A DNA stretch of 42,319 nucleotides, taken from the NCBI GenBank assembly GCA_964598245.1, contig CAZRAX010000001.1:1-42319 (forward strand), written 5' to 3'. The stretch is from an uncultured Candidatus Saccharibacteria bacterium (lineage in GTDB: Bacteria > Patescibacteriota > Minisyncoccia > Phycocordibacterales > JAACPR01). Position numbers and translations under genes: made by a program. A model generated the notes under the pieces. That model was not told the DNA's origin. It was given only the letters and a program-made list of their open reading frames with translations, and made no database searches. Within the stretch, counting starts at the first letter, position 1; the number at the start of each line of letters is the position of its first letter. Of this stretch, positions 8,126 through 16,042 are shown one piece after another.

Positions 8126-8814
8126 TGGATTATTCAAAAATTGAAGAAAAGATAGGTGTAAAATTCAATCATCAGGATTTATTAATCCAAGCTTTTACTC
8201 ATCGTTCATTTTTAAATGAAAATCGTGATAAAGACTTGGAGCATAATGAAAGATTAGAGTTTTTAGGTGATGCTGTTTTGGAATTAGTAACAACAGACTA
8301 TTTATTTAAAACTTTTCCAGATAGAAATGAGGGGGATTTAACAGCTTTTCGTGCTTCTCTGGTTAATACTCAGTCGATTTCTGATGTTGCTACTAATTTA
8401 GGCTTTAATGATTACCTACGATTATCAAAAGGAGAATCAAAAGATGAGGGTCGAGCTAGGTCATATATTTTGGCTAATGTTTTTGAATCAGTTATTGGTG
8501 CTGTTTATCTAGATCAGGGATATGAAAAAGCAGAAAAATTTATTACTGAATTTTTGTTCCCAACTTTGGATAGGGTTATTGCTGAAGGAACTTGGGTTGA
8601 TGCAAAAAGTAAATTACAAGAAGTGGTTCAGGAAAAACACGGGGTAACACCTTCTTATAAAACAGTCAAAGAAGATGGGCCTGATCATGATAAAGTATTT
8701 ACCGTTGCTGTTTACTTTAATGATAAAAAAATTGATACAGGGTCTGGTAAATCAAAGCAAGAAGCAGAGCAAGATGTTGCTAGAAAAATTCTTAAACAAG
8801 AGGGGATTATTTAA
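8125..8814 (+). CDS. rnc: Ribonuclease III
   Basis: 229-aa ORF with the RNase III signature ERLEFLGDAVLE and a C-terminal dsRBD. Its ATG shares one nt with the nusB-Nudix stop (TAATG). Confidence 0.95.
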   Translation: MDYSKIEEKIGVKFNHQDLLIQAFTHRSFLNENRDKDLEHNERLEFLGDAVLELVTTDYLFKTFPDRNEGDLTAFRASLVNTQSISDVATNLGFNDYLRLSKGESKDEGRARSYILANVFESVIGAVYLDQGYEKAEKFITEFLFPTLDRVIAEGTWVDAKSKLQEVVQEKHGVTPSYKTVKEDGPDHDKVFTVAVYFNDKKIDTGSGKSKQEAEQDVARKILKQEGII

Positions 8815-8826
8815 TATAATTAGAGG

Positions 8827-11064
8827 ATGTATTTAAAAGAACTAGAAATTATAGGTTTTAAATCTTTTGCTAATAAGTCAAAATTAAATTTTGATTCTGC
8901 TATTTCGGCGATTGTTGGTCCCAACGGATCTGGTAAATCAAATATTGCTGAAGCTTTTCGTTTTGTCTTGGGAGAACAATCCTTTAAATCAATGAGGGGT
9001 AAAAGAGGTGAAGATCTGATTTTTAGTGGAACCAATTCAATAGCAAAACAATCAAGAGCTGGAGTAAAAATTGTTTTAGATAATAGTGATAAAACATTAC
9101 CAATTGATTTTGAAGAAGTTATTTTAGAAAGAATTGTTTATCGAGATGGAGTTAATGAATATAAAATTAATAATTCAGTTGTTCGATTAAAAGATATTTC
9201 AGAGCTTTTATCTGCCGCTAACATCGGATCTAGTGGGCATCATATTATTTCTCAGGGCGAAGCAGATAGAATTTTAAATACAACTGCCAAAGAAAGAAAA
9301 ACTATTTTAGAAGAAGCGTTGGGTTTGAAAATTTTTGAATATAAAAAAAATGAAAGCCAACGAAAACTTGAAAAAACTCAAGAAAATATTAACCAAGTGC
9401 AATCTTTGCGTCGTGAGATTGCTCCACATATTAAATTTTTAAAAAAGCAAGTTGAAAAAATTGAAGAGGGGAAAAAATTAAAAGAAAAATTAATTGAAAT
9501 TTATAAAGAATATTTTAAAAGAGAATCAATTTATTTAAAAAGTAAAAAACAAGAACTAATACATATTGTAGATGAACCCAAAAAAAGACTAAATGAAATT
9601 GATCAAAAAATTAATCAATATCGAGAAATTTCAAAATCTTCGGAAAATCAAGAATTAAATGAACAAATTGAAAAACTCCAAAATGATTTGGGACAAATAG
9701 ATCAACAAAAAACTCAATTGATTCGACAACAGGGGCAAATTGAAGGGGAATTACAATCCCTTCAAAAAATATTATCTAAACGAGACCAAAATAAAGATAA
9801 TCAAATTATTTTAAATTATAACGACTTTGATTTATTAGAAAAGGAAATTTCTGATATTAAAAATCAAGTTGAAAATGAATTTGATTTAAATCTTGTCAAA
9901 GAAAAAGTAAACCAGATAATTAATTTAATTTCTGGTTTTATTAAAGAAAAAAGAAAAGATGAAGAAAATGGTGAAAATCATGAAATTTCTAAAGAAATCT
10001 CGCAAACTAATGAAAAATTAACTATTACACTATTTGAAATTGAGATTATTCAAAAAAATGAAAAAAAACTTCAACAAGAGCTATCAGAAATTAGACAAAA
10101 AATAGAAGAAGACAAAACAGATTCTCTGGAAGCAGAAAAGAATATTATTGCATTGATGACCGAAAAAAATGAACTTCAACAATTAATTTCAAAACATTCA
10201 GTTAGTATTTATAATTTTAATCAGGATGAAGCATCATTCAAACAAGAATTAATGGAAGCTGTTGCTGTAACCACTCGAGAATCAATCAATTATGAACAAA
10301 TTAATTTGTCTGATGAGGAAATATTATCTGAAAAAAGGCAAAAACAGATTGATCGTAAAAAAGATTTGGAAAGATTAAAGATAAAAGTAGAAGAGTTTGG
10401 TGGTGGATCTGGTGAAGAGATTCTTCAAGAATTCAACGAATCAAATGAAAGAGATCAATTTTTGATTAAAGAAATCGAAGATTTAGAAAAATCTGCAGAA
10501 AATTTAAAAAATCTAATAAATGATTTAGAAGAAAAAATTAATCAAAAATTTCACGAAGGTATGACAAAAATTAATTTTGAGTTCCAAAAGTTCTTTGAAT
10601 TAATGTTTGGTGGGGGCAATGCCTCTATTAGTATCACCAAAATTAAACCAAGAAGGAGAGATACTGATTTAGATTTTGGACAAGATCAGGATTTGGAGGA
10701 AGATGACCTAGAAGAAGGAGTTGAGGTTAATGTTAGTTTACCTCGTAAAAAAATTAAGGGATTGATGATGTTGTCTGGTGGAGAGAGAGCGCTGACTTCG
10801 ATTGCTCTTATTTTTGCAATGAGTCAAGTCAATCCTCCGCCTTTTATTATTTTAGATGAAACAGATGCAGCATTAGATGAAGCAAATTCTCGTAAATATG
10901 GTGATATGATTGAGAATCTTTCAAAGCATTCACAACTTATTTTAATTACTCACAATAGAGAAACAATGGGGAGAGCTGGTATTTTATATGGTGTTACCAT
11001 GACTAATGGTATTTCCAAACTATTATCTGTTAATTTTGAGGTGGGGATAGAGTGGGCAAAATAG
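8827..11064 (+). CDS. smc: SMC-family chromosome condensation ATPase, unusually short (745 aa), no recognisable hinge
   Basis: N-terminal head LKELEIIGFKSF...GPNGSGKSNIAEAFRFVLGEQSFKSMRG. C-terminal head LSGGERALTSIALIFAM, Walker B FIILDETDAALD, ILITHNRETM and YGVTM. Only about 350 aa of charged heptad-like sequence lie between the head halves. The rnc-smc order matches Bacillus. Confidence 0.85.
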   Translation: MYLKELEIIGFKSFANKSKLNFDSAISAIVGPNGSGKSNIAEAFRFVLGEQSFKSMRGKRGEDLIFSGTNSIAKQSRAGVKIVLDNSDKTLPIDFEEVILERIVYRDGVNEYKINNSVVRLKDISELLSAANIGSSGHHIISQGEADRILNTTAKERKTILEEALGLKIFEYKKNESQRKLEKTQENINQVQSLRREIAPHIKFLKKQVEKIEEGKKLKEKLIEIYKEYFKRESIYLKSKKQELIHIVDEPKKRLNEIDQKINQYREISKSSENQELNEQIEKLQNDLGQIDQQKTQLIRQQGQIEGELQSLQKILSKRDQNKDNQIILNYNDFDLLEKEISDIKNQVENEFDLNLVKEKVNQIINLISGFIKEKRKDEENGENHEISKEISQTNEKLTITLFEIEIIQKNEKKLQQELSEIRQKIEEDKTDSLEAEKNIIALMTEKNELQQLISKHSVSIYNFNQDEASFKQELMEAVAVTTRESINYEQINLSDEEILSEKRQKQIDRKKDLERLKIKVEEFGGGSGEEILQEFNESNERDQFLIKEIEDLEKSAENLKNLINDLEEKINQKFHEGMTKINFEFQKFFELMFGGGNASISITKIKPRRRDTDLDFGQDQDLEEDDLEEGVEVNVSLPRKKIKGLMMLSGGERALTSIALIFAMSQVNPPPFIILDETDAALDEANSRKYGDMIENLSKHSQLILITHNRETMGRAGILYGVTMTNGISKLLSVNFEVGIEWAK

Positions 11065-11073
11065 TTTTAATTT

Positions 11074-11082
11074 TGTTATAAT
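11074..11082 (+). promoter_or_regulatory. Extended -10 element (TGtTATAAT) upstream of the pilin-like gene
   Basis: TG at 11074-11075 and TATAAT at 11077-11082, 17 nt before ATG 11100, with no SD in between. Such hexamers are common by chance in AT-rich DNA. Confidence 0.35.
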
Positions 11083-11099
11083 TATTTTGTAATTAAAAT

Positions 11100-12194
11100 A
11101 TGAAAAAAATTAGATTAAATTTTGGTTTTACCTTGATGGATGTTTTGATTGTTGTTTCTCTTATCAACTTTATTGCTGGAATTGTAATGTCTCAAATGGC
11201 TGATGCTAAAATTTTAGCCAATGATGCTCATAAAAAACAAGAAGTTATGCAAGTTGCCAACGCAATGGAATTGTATAGGTCTACTTTTAATACTGCTCCA
11301 AGTGCTGATCTTGTTGGTAAGGGTTTTTATAATGAAAGGAGTATCGAATACGAAACTGCAATGCGAGAATTAGTCAATAATGGTTTTTATCCAGAAATTC
11401 CAACAAGTCCAAGTGGTAGTGATTATTTTTATATGGTTAATTCTGATGGGTTGGGAGTTTTCTTGGCTATTTTGTTATCCCAAAAGGAATTAGAGGATGG
11501 TGGTAATGGTTGTTATTTTTCAAATTCTGAAAATTATTGTGGACCAGATGATAATGATGATTCAGAAAATGAATACAGTCGTAATTTATTGTTAGTAGAA
11601 GCAGAAAGTTGTAATAACAACTCTTGTTCCCCAATCAAGGATAATATTACTGGTAGAGCTGTTGGTGGTGGGAGTGGTGGAAATGACAATGGGGGTGAAC
11701 AGAATTCTGTCGCCTGTGCCAGTATCCCCGATGATTTTTATGATGTCTATGAATTGCAGGGAATAATTGTTCCCAATACAACACAGGCATGCGCTAGTGG
11801 TTATGTGGGAGAACTTGATTTTTATGTTGTTGACAATACATTTTATTACAGCTGTGTCGATGATTTATTATCTCCAAATGAGACTGCAAATTGCCAGGTC
11901 AGTTTTTTACAAAAACAAGTTGCTTGTGCTGATATAGAAGATTATCTATATAATGAAAGGGATTTAAGAACATACATATTAGAAAACCCAACTACTGTTT
12001 GTATTAATGGTTACCTAAGGCCTGATAACTATACATCCGTGACAGATGGAGACACCTTGAATTATATGTGTTTGAGTGACCAGATTTCTGGTTTGGATGA
12101 AGCAACACCAGAAACGGCTGTTTGGTGTAATACAAAATTTAATAAAGTTCCTTCTTCTGGCGTACCTACTCTCCCAAGAAGGGAGGTCTTCTAA
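11100..12194 (+). CDS. Type IV pilin/pseudopilin-like protein with a Cys-rich duplicated C-terminal region
   Basis: 364-aa ORF. N-terminus MKKIRLNFG/FTLMDVLIVVSLINFIAGIV is a class III (prepilin) signal with Asp at +5 instead of Glu. A GspG-like motif EIPTSPSGSDYFY follows. Two ~70-aa modules, each with four Cys, lie at nt 11709-11906 and 11919-12140. Confidence 0.7.
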   Translation: MKKIRLNFGFTLMDVLIVVSLINFIAGIVMSQMADAKILANDAHKKQEVMQVANAMELYRSTFNTAPSADLVGKGFYNERSIEYETAMRELVNNGFYPEIPTSPSGSDYFYMVNSDGLGVFLAILLSQKELEDGGNGCYFSNSENYCGPDDNDDSENEYSRNLLLVEAESCNNNSCSPIKDNITGRAVGGGSGGNDNGGEQNSVACASIPDDFYDVYELQGIIVPNTTQACASGYVGELDFYVVDNTFYYSCVDDLLSPNETANCQVSFLQKQVACADIEDYLYNERDLRTYILENPTTVCINGYLRPDNYTSVTDGDTLNYMCLSDQISGLDEATPETAVWCNTKFNKVPSSGVPTLPRREVF

Positions 12195-14122
12195 TCTGTA
12201 ATCCCCATATCAATTTTTTTCTGCTCTAAATCGATTGATTCAATTTTAACTTTTATTTCATCACCAAGACGATATTTCTTTTTGGTTTTTTCACCAACGA
12301 TTGCATAGCTTTTTTCATCAAATTTATAAAAATCGTCACCTAATTTTGAAACATGAACCATTCCTTCTGTCAGAGTTTTTTTAATTTGAGCAAATAAACC
12401 AAAAGGGGTAACTCCAGAAACAATCCCTTCAAATGTTTCGCCAATATGATCTTGCATGTATTCTGCCTGTTTATAACGAATTGATTCCCGCTCTGCTTCA
12501 GTTGCAGAAATTTCTCGCTCAGTGGACAAAGCAGCTGCATTTTCAAAATGGTTCAATTCAATCACATCAATTTTTTGTTTATTCAAAAATTTAAAGAGAA
12601 TACGATGAACTAACAAATCAGGGTATCTTCTAATTGGGGAAGTAAAGTGAGTATAAAATTTAAAAGCCAATCCAAAGTGTCCAATATTTTCTGGTGCGTA
12701 AATTGCCTTACTCATTGTTCTAACAGCTGCAGTTTTTATTAAATTTTCCTCATTTTTTCCTTCAACATCATCAAAAAGTTTGTTCAAATCTTTTGCTTCA
12801 ACATACCCTTCATCATCAAGAGGCAAAAAATATCCCAATCCCTTAACAAAACTAGCTAGATCTTCTAATTTTTCTTTATTAGGTAAATCATGAATTCGAT
12901 AAATTAATTTATTTTGAATGTTACCATTTACTTTTCCTTTATCGTGAATAAATTTAGCAACCTCACGATTCGCCAAAAGCATCATTTCCTCAACTAATTT
13001 ATGAGTGTCCATTCTTTCTTTTTTGATAATCCTGATTGGACGACCAGTTGTATCAAGTTCAAACTTGATTTCATCTGATTCAAATTCAATCGCACCTTCT
13101 GAGCGTTTTTGAGCTGATAATTTTTTGGCTATTTTATTAAGCTCATTTAACTCTTCAAGGAAAGGACCACTTTGAGCATCAATAATTGCCTGAGCTTCTT
13201 CATAAGTAAATCTTTTTTTAGAATTAATAACTGATTTACCAAATTTTCGATTTATAACTTTATTTTGATTATCAATTTCAAAAATCGCAGAAAAAGCCAA
13301 CTTTTCCTCATTAGGGTTCAATGAGCACAAATCATTAGAAAGAATTTCTGGTAACATTGGAATAGTTCGATCAACTAAATAAACAGAAGTAGCTCTTTTG
13401 TGTGCTTCTTTGTCTAGCGCAGAATTAGGAGTCACATAATGAGATGCATCAGCAATATGAATCCCAACTTCTAAATTTCCATTATCTAATTTTTTAAAAT
13501 GAATTGCGTCATCAAAATCTTTTGCATCAGCAGGATCAATAGTGAAAATATTTTCATTTCTTAAATCAAACCTTTTTTCGATCTCTTCTTGTGGTATTTT
13601 TTTCCATTTTTTTTGAAGCTCTTTTGCTTCATCATCAACATTTTCTGGAAAATCAATAATGAAACCTTTTTCATAGACAATAGATTGAATCTCAACCTCG
13701 TGCTCACCCTTTTGTCCAAAGATTTTTAAAAGAGAAGCTTCTGGTAATTTATTATTTTGCCAATTTTCTAATTTGATCAAGACTTTTTGATTTATATTAA
13801 CTTTTTTTTCAAATTCTTTTTGAAGTTTAAAATTTGTATAAATTTTAAAATTATCTGGCTTAACTATTTTTTGATTATTTTCATCTATAATTGTTCCGAC
13901 AAATTGTTCTCTGGCTCTCGAAACAATAGCAACAACTTCTCCTAATGGCTGGTCATCTTGTCCAATCCCAATTTTTTTAATTTTAACAATATCGTTGGGG
14001 AGAGCCTTGTTAATTTTATCTGGGGAAATAAAAATTTCTTCTTTTGTTTCTGGAATTTTTACAAATCCCATCCCTTTAACGTTAGTACTAATTTTAGCTT
14101 CTATAATATTTTGTTCATTCAT
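12191..14122 (-). CDS. rnr: Ribonuclease R (RNB family exoribonuclease with C-terminal S1 domain)
   Basis: 643-aa ORF. RNB motifs (IDPADAKDFDDAIH, SVYLVDRTIPMLP, FTSPIRRYPDL) and a C-terminal S1 domain (FEGIVSGVTPFGLFAQI). Confidence 0.9.
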   Translation of the reverse strand: MNEQNIIEAKISTNVKGMGFVKIPETKEEIFISPDKINKALPNDIVKIKKIGIGQDDQPLGEVVAIVSRAREQFVGTIIDENNQKIVKPDNFKIYTNFKLQKEFEKKVNINQKVLIKLENWQNNKLPEASLLKIFGQKGEHEVEIQSIVYEKGFIIDFPENVDDEAKELQKKWKKIPQEEIEKRFDLRNENIFTIDPADAKDFDDAIHFKKLDNGNLEVGIHIADASHYVTPNSALDKEAHKRATSVYLVDRTIPMLPEILSNDLCSLNPNEEKLAFSAIFEIDNQNKVINRKFGKSVINSKKRFTYEEAQAIIDAQSGPFLEELNELNKIAKKLSAQKRSEGAIEFESDEIKFELDTTGRPIRIIKKERMDTHKLVEEMMLLANREVAKFIHDKGKVNGNIQNKLIYRIHDLPNKEKLEDLASFVKGLGYFLPLDDEGYVEAKDLNKLFDDVEGKNEENLIKTAAVRTMSKAIYAPENIGHFGLAFKFYTHFTSPIRRYPDLLVHRILFKFLNKQKIDVIELNHFENAAALSTEREISATEAERESIRYKQAEYMQDHIGETFEGIVSGVTPFGLFAQIKKTLTEGMVHVSKLGDDFYKFDEKSYAIVGEKTKKKYRLGDEIKVKIESIDLEQKKIDMGITD

Positions 14123-14178
14123 ATTTATAAAAGATATGTTAACTTAAAATTTGTGATAAGTGAAGTTGCTTTAGCTAT

Positions 14179-14207
14179 TTGACCTCTTTTGAATCTTTTG
14201 ATACTAT
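14179..14207 (+). promoter_or_regulatory. Sigma-70-type promoter for rpsP (TTGACC-N17-TACTAT with TGn extension)
   Basis: TTGACC at 14179-14184, a 17-nt spacer, TG at 14199-14200 and TACTAT at 14202-14207. ATG 14215 follows 7 nt after the -10, and there is no SD. Confidence 0.5.
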
Positions 14208-14214
14208 TTCGCTC

Positions 14215-14613
14215 ATGTTAATAATTAGATTACAAAGAGTAGGAAAGAAAAACGAACCAACATTTCGAATTGTTTTAACTGATTCAAAAAATGGTCCAAA
14301 GAGTGGAAAATTTTTAGAAATTCTTGGTTCTTATGATGCTCGTGATAAAAATGAAACTAAAATTAATGCTGATAGGGTAAAGCAGTTGATTTCACAAGGG
14401 GCACAACTTTCAGATACAGTTAGAAATTATTTAATTAATCAAAAAATTATTGAAGGTAAAAAAGTAAATGTTTTGCCAAAGAAAACTCCTATTGTAAAAG
14501 AGGATGAAAAAACCGAACCAGTTGATGCAACTCCTGAACCAACCCCTGAAAAAACTGAACCAGCTCCTGAACCAGTTGATGCAACTGAACCAGTAGCAGA
14601 AGAAAATAAATAA
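14215..14613 (+). CDS. rpsP: 30S ribosomal protein S16 with a Pro/Glu-rich repetitive C-terminal extension
   Basis: MLIIRLQRVGKKNEPTFRIV is the canonical S16 N-terminus. The track start TTG 14179 would add 12 non-homologous residues and coincides with the -35 box. The tail is EPVDATPEPTPEKTEPAPEPVDATEPVAEENK. Confidence 0.9.
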   Translation: MLIIRLQRVGKKNEPTFRIVLTDSKNGPKSGKFLEILGSYDARDKNETKINADRVKQLISQGAQLSDTVRNYLINQKIIEGKKVNVLPKKTPIVKEDEKTEPVDATPEPTPEKTEPAPEPVDATEPVAEENK

Positions 14614-14617
14614 TTTA

Positions 14618-14647
14618 TTGACTTCACAATTAAAAATGCTTTATAAT
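14618..14647 (+). promoter_or_regulatory. Candidate promoter upstream of khpA (TTGACT-N18-TATAAT)
   Basis: TTGACT at 14618-14623 and TATAAT at 14642-14647. A small hairpin TGCAGT...ACTGCA (about 14655-14680) follows in the 5' UTR. Confidence 0.45.
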
Positions 14648-14707
14648 GTAAGTGTGCAGTTGGCTAAGTATTGACTGCAGTTAATCATTAAATATTAAAG
14701 AAAGAAA

Positions 14708-15019
14708 ATGTCAGCAGAAAATGAATTAGATTATAAATTTCTTGAGAGTACTGTTAAATCTTTGGTAGATAATCCAAATGACGTTAAAATTAATCGAACT
14801 GTGGATGAAATGGGAGTGTTACTTACGCTATCAGTAAATCCAGAAGATATGGGGAAAATTATTGGGCGTCAAGGAAATACAGCAAAAGCTATCAGAATTT
14901 TACTAAGAGTTGTTGGAATGAAAAACAACGCTCGCGTTAATTTAAAAATTAATGAACCAGAAAATGGTAAAAGATCTGAAACAACAGTTGATCAAGCAAT
15001 TGATGATTTAAAAATCTAA
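14708..15019 (+). CDS. khpA: KH-domain RNA-binding protein (YlqC/KhpA, UPF0109 family)
   Basis: 103-aa ORF with the KH GXXG motif IGRQGNTAKAIRILLRVVG. Its position directly after rpsP matches the Bacillus rpsP-ylqC-rimM-trmD cluster. Confidence 0.8.
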   Translation: MSAENELDYKFLESTVKSLVDNPNDVKINRTVDEMGVLLTLSVNPEDMGKIIGRQGNTAKAIRILLRVVGMKNNARVNLKINEPENGKRSETTVDQAIDDLKI

Positions 15020-15039
15020 TCTATTTTAAATCTATAATA

Positions 15040-15153
15040 GAAGTAAAATCACACAACTCTCTCGTTCCTAATCCTCGACTTTCTTATGTCAAGACATAAA
15101 GTCATTGACAACGAAGGTCTGCGGAAGAACTCGATAGTGTGTGGTTTTACTTT
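15040..15153 (+). ncRNA. Unassigned structured RNA element (candidate small RNA, processing site or cis-regulatory leader) between khpA and trmD
   Basis: A closing helix of 15-16 bp pairs 15040-15055 with 15138-15153 (GUAAAAUCACACA with UGUGUGGUUUUAC, one G-U). An internal hairpin UUAUGU-CAAG-ACAUAA lies at 15084-15099, extended by GACU/AGUC. TATAAT at 15033-15038 sits just upstream and UUU follows the 3' arm. No family could be assigned by eye. Confidence 0.35.
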
Positions 15154-15181
15154 ACCAAAATAAAGTGATTAAATTATAAAA

Positions 15182-15844
15182 ATGAATTTTCATATAATTA
15201 CATTATTTCCAGAATCGATGGATTCATATATAAATAGCTCAATTATTAAAAGAGCTGTTGCTGATAAAAAAATCTCAATTAAATTTTATAATCCGAGAGA
15301 TTTTACCAATGATAAAAACCACAGGGTTGATCAAAAACCATACGGCGGCGGTCCAGGAATGGTTATTGAAGCAGAACCAATTATCAAAGCAATTGCCAAA
15401 GCCAAAGGGAAAAAAAAGAAAATTAAAATTTTTTATACTTCGCCTTCTGGGAAAAAATTTACTAATTTAATTGCTCAAAAAAATTCTAAAAATTATAAAG
15501 ATATTATAATCGTATGTGGTCGTTATGAGGGTATTGACGCTAGAGTTAAAAAGGTTTTTAAAGGGCAAGAAATTTCAATTGGAGAATATACTTTGACGGG
15601 GGGTGAATTACCCGCTCTGGTCATTATTGATTCCATATCGCGTCAGATTAAGGGTGTTTTGGGGAATGATGCTTCTCCAGAAGAAAATCGTATTTCATCT
15701 TCAGATGTTTATACTAGGCCAGAAACCTTTAAGTATAAAAATAAAAAATACAAAGTTCCAGATATTTTATTATCTGGAAATCATGCTAAAATTGACGAGT
15801 GGCGTCAAAAAAATAGAGAAAAATATAATAATGTGGATAAGTAG
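15182..15844 (+). CDS. trmD: tRNA (guanine37-N1)-methyltransferase
   Basis: 220-aa ORF with MNFHIITLFPESM, DQKPYGGGPGMV, CGRYEGIDARV and YTLTGGELPALV motifs. Confidence 0.95.
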   Translation: MNFHIITLFPESMDSYINSSIIKRAVADKKISIKFYNPRDFTNDKNHRVDQKPYGGGPGMVIEAEPIIKAIAKAKGKKKKIKIFYTSPSGKKFTNLIAQKNSKNYKDIIIVCGRYEGIDARVKKVFKGQEISIGEYTLTGGELPALVIIDSISRQIKGVLGNDASPEENRISSSDVYTRPETFKYKNKKYKVPDILLSGNHAKIDEWRQKNREKYNNVDK

Positions 15845-15873
15845 TTGACGAAACTTCATTTTTAGATTAGTAT
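15845..15873 (+). promoter_or_regulatory. Candidate promoter in the trmD-rpoB spacer (TTGACG-N17-TAGTAT)
   Basis: TTGACG at 15845-15850 lies immediately after the trmD stop, followed by a 17-nt spacer and TAGTAT at 15868-15873. Confidence 0.4.
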
Positions 15874-15981
15874 TAACCCCAAGCTAATGAGGGATTGAGT
15901 TTTGAATGGGGCGATATTTTAATAATATAAAAAATTAAATAAACTGCATAATGCAGGCTTTAAATATTACAAACAGTAATT

Positions 15982-16042
15982 AGACACAAAGCAAACCCAA
16001 GTAGACTTTAAAAAAAGTTTATATGGGTTTGTATTTGCGTCT
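15982..16042 (+). promoter_or_regulatory. Long imperfect hairpin (about 26 bp) in the rpoB leader: candidate attenuator or RNase III processing site
   Basis: Pairings are 15982-15985/16039-16042, 15987-15990/16034-16037, 15992-15999/16024-16031 (CAAACCCA/UGGGUUUG) and 16001-16009/16014-16022, closing an AAAA loop. The hairpin ends 12 nt before rpoB ATG 16055. Confidence 0.45.

Noticed and set aside
14179-14214. N-terminal extensions suggested by the ORF track for rpsP (TTG 14179) and the kinase-like gene (TTG 38013)
   Set aside because: Internal ATGs (14215 and 38064) reproduce the canonical S16 N-terminus (MLIIRLQRVGKK) and place the P-loop at the usual distance from the N-terminus. TTG 14179 coincides with a -35 box, and 38064 has an RBS-like site.
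15040-15153. Possibility that the structured element is the small (4.5S-type) SRP RNA, or a tRNA or 6S RNA
   Set aside because: The size and paired 5'/3' ends resemble 4.5S RNA, and there is a GGAA at 15123-15126. However, that GGAA is not closed by a helix and is not apical, and I could not find the conserved GGUCC-GGAA-GGAAGCAGCC-type domain IV sequence. The apical loop is CAAG. There is no T-loop or acceptor architecture for a tRNA, and the element is too short for 6S. It is left unassigned rather than called.
15086-15163. 25-codon ORF (MSRHKVIDNEGLRKNSIVCGFTLPK) inside the structured spacer
   Set aside because: It has no RBS and no recognisable features. It lies inside strong secondary structure, and an ORF this short is expected by chance.
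15258-15848. Off-frame track ORFs inside trmD (15258..15470 and 15603..15848), and similar small ORFs inside rpoB, rpoC, dnaG, the helicase, tgt, uvrB and uvrA
   Set aside because: All are nested in strongly supported genes. They are short (60-97 aa) and translate to low-complexity sequence, so they are treated as chance ORFs.
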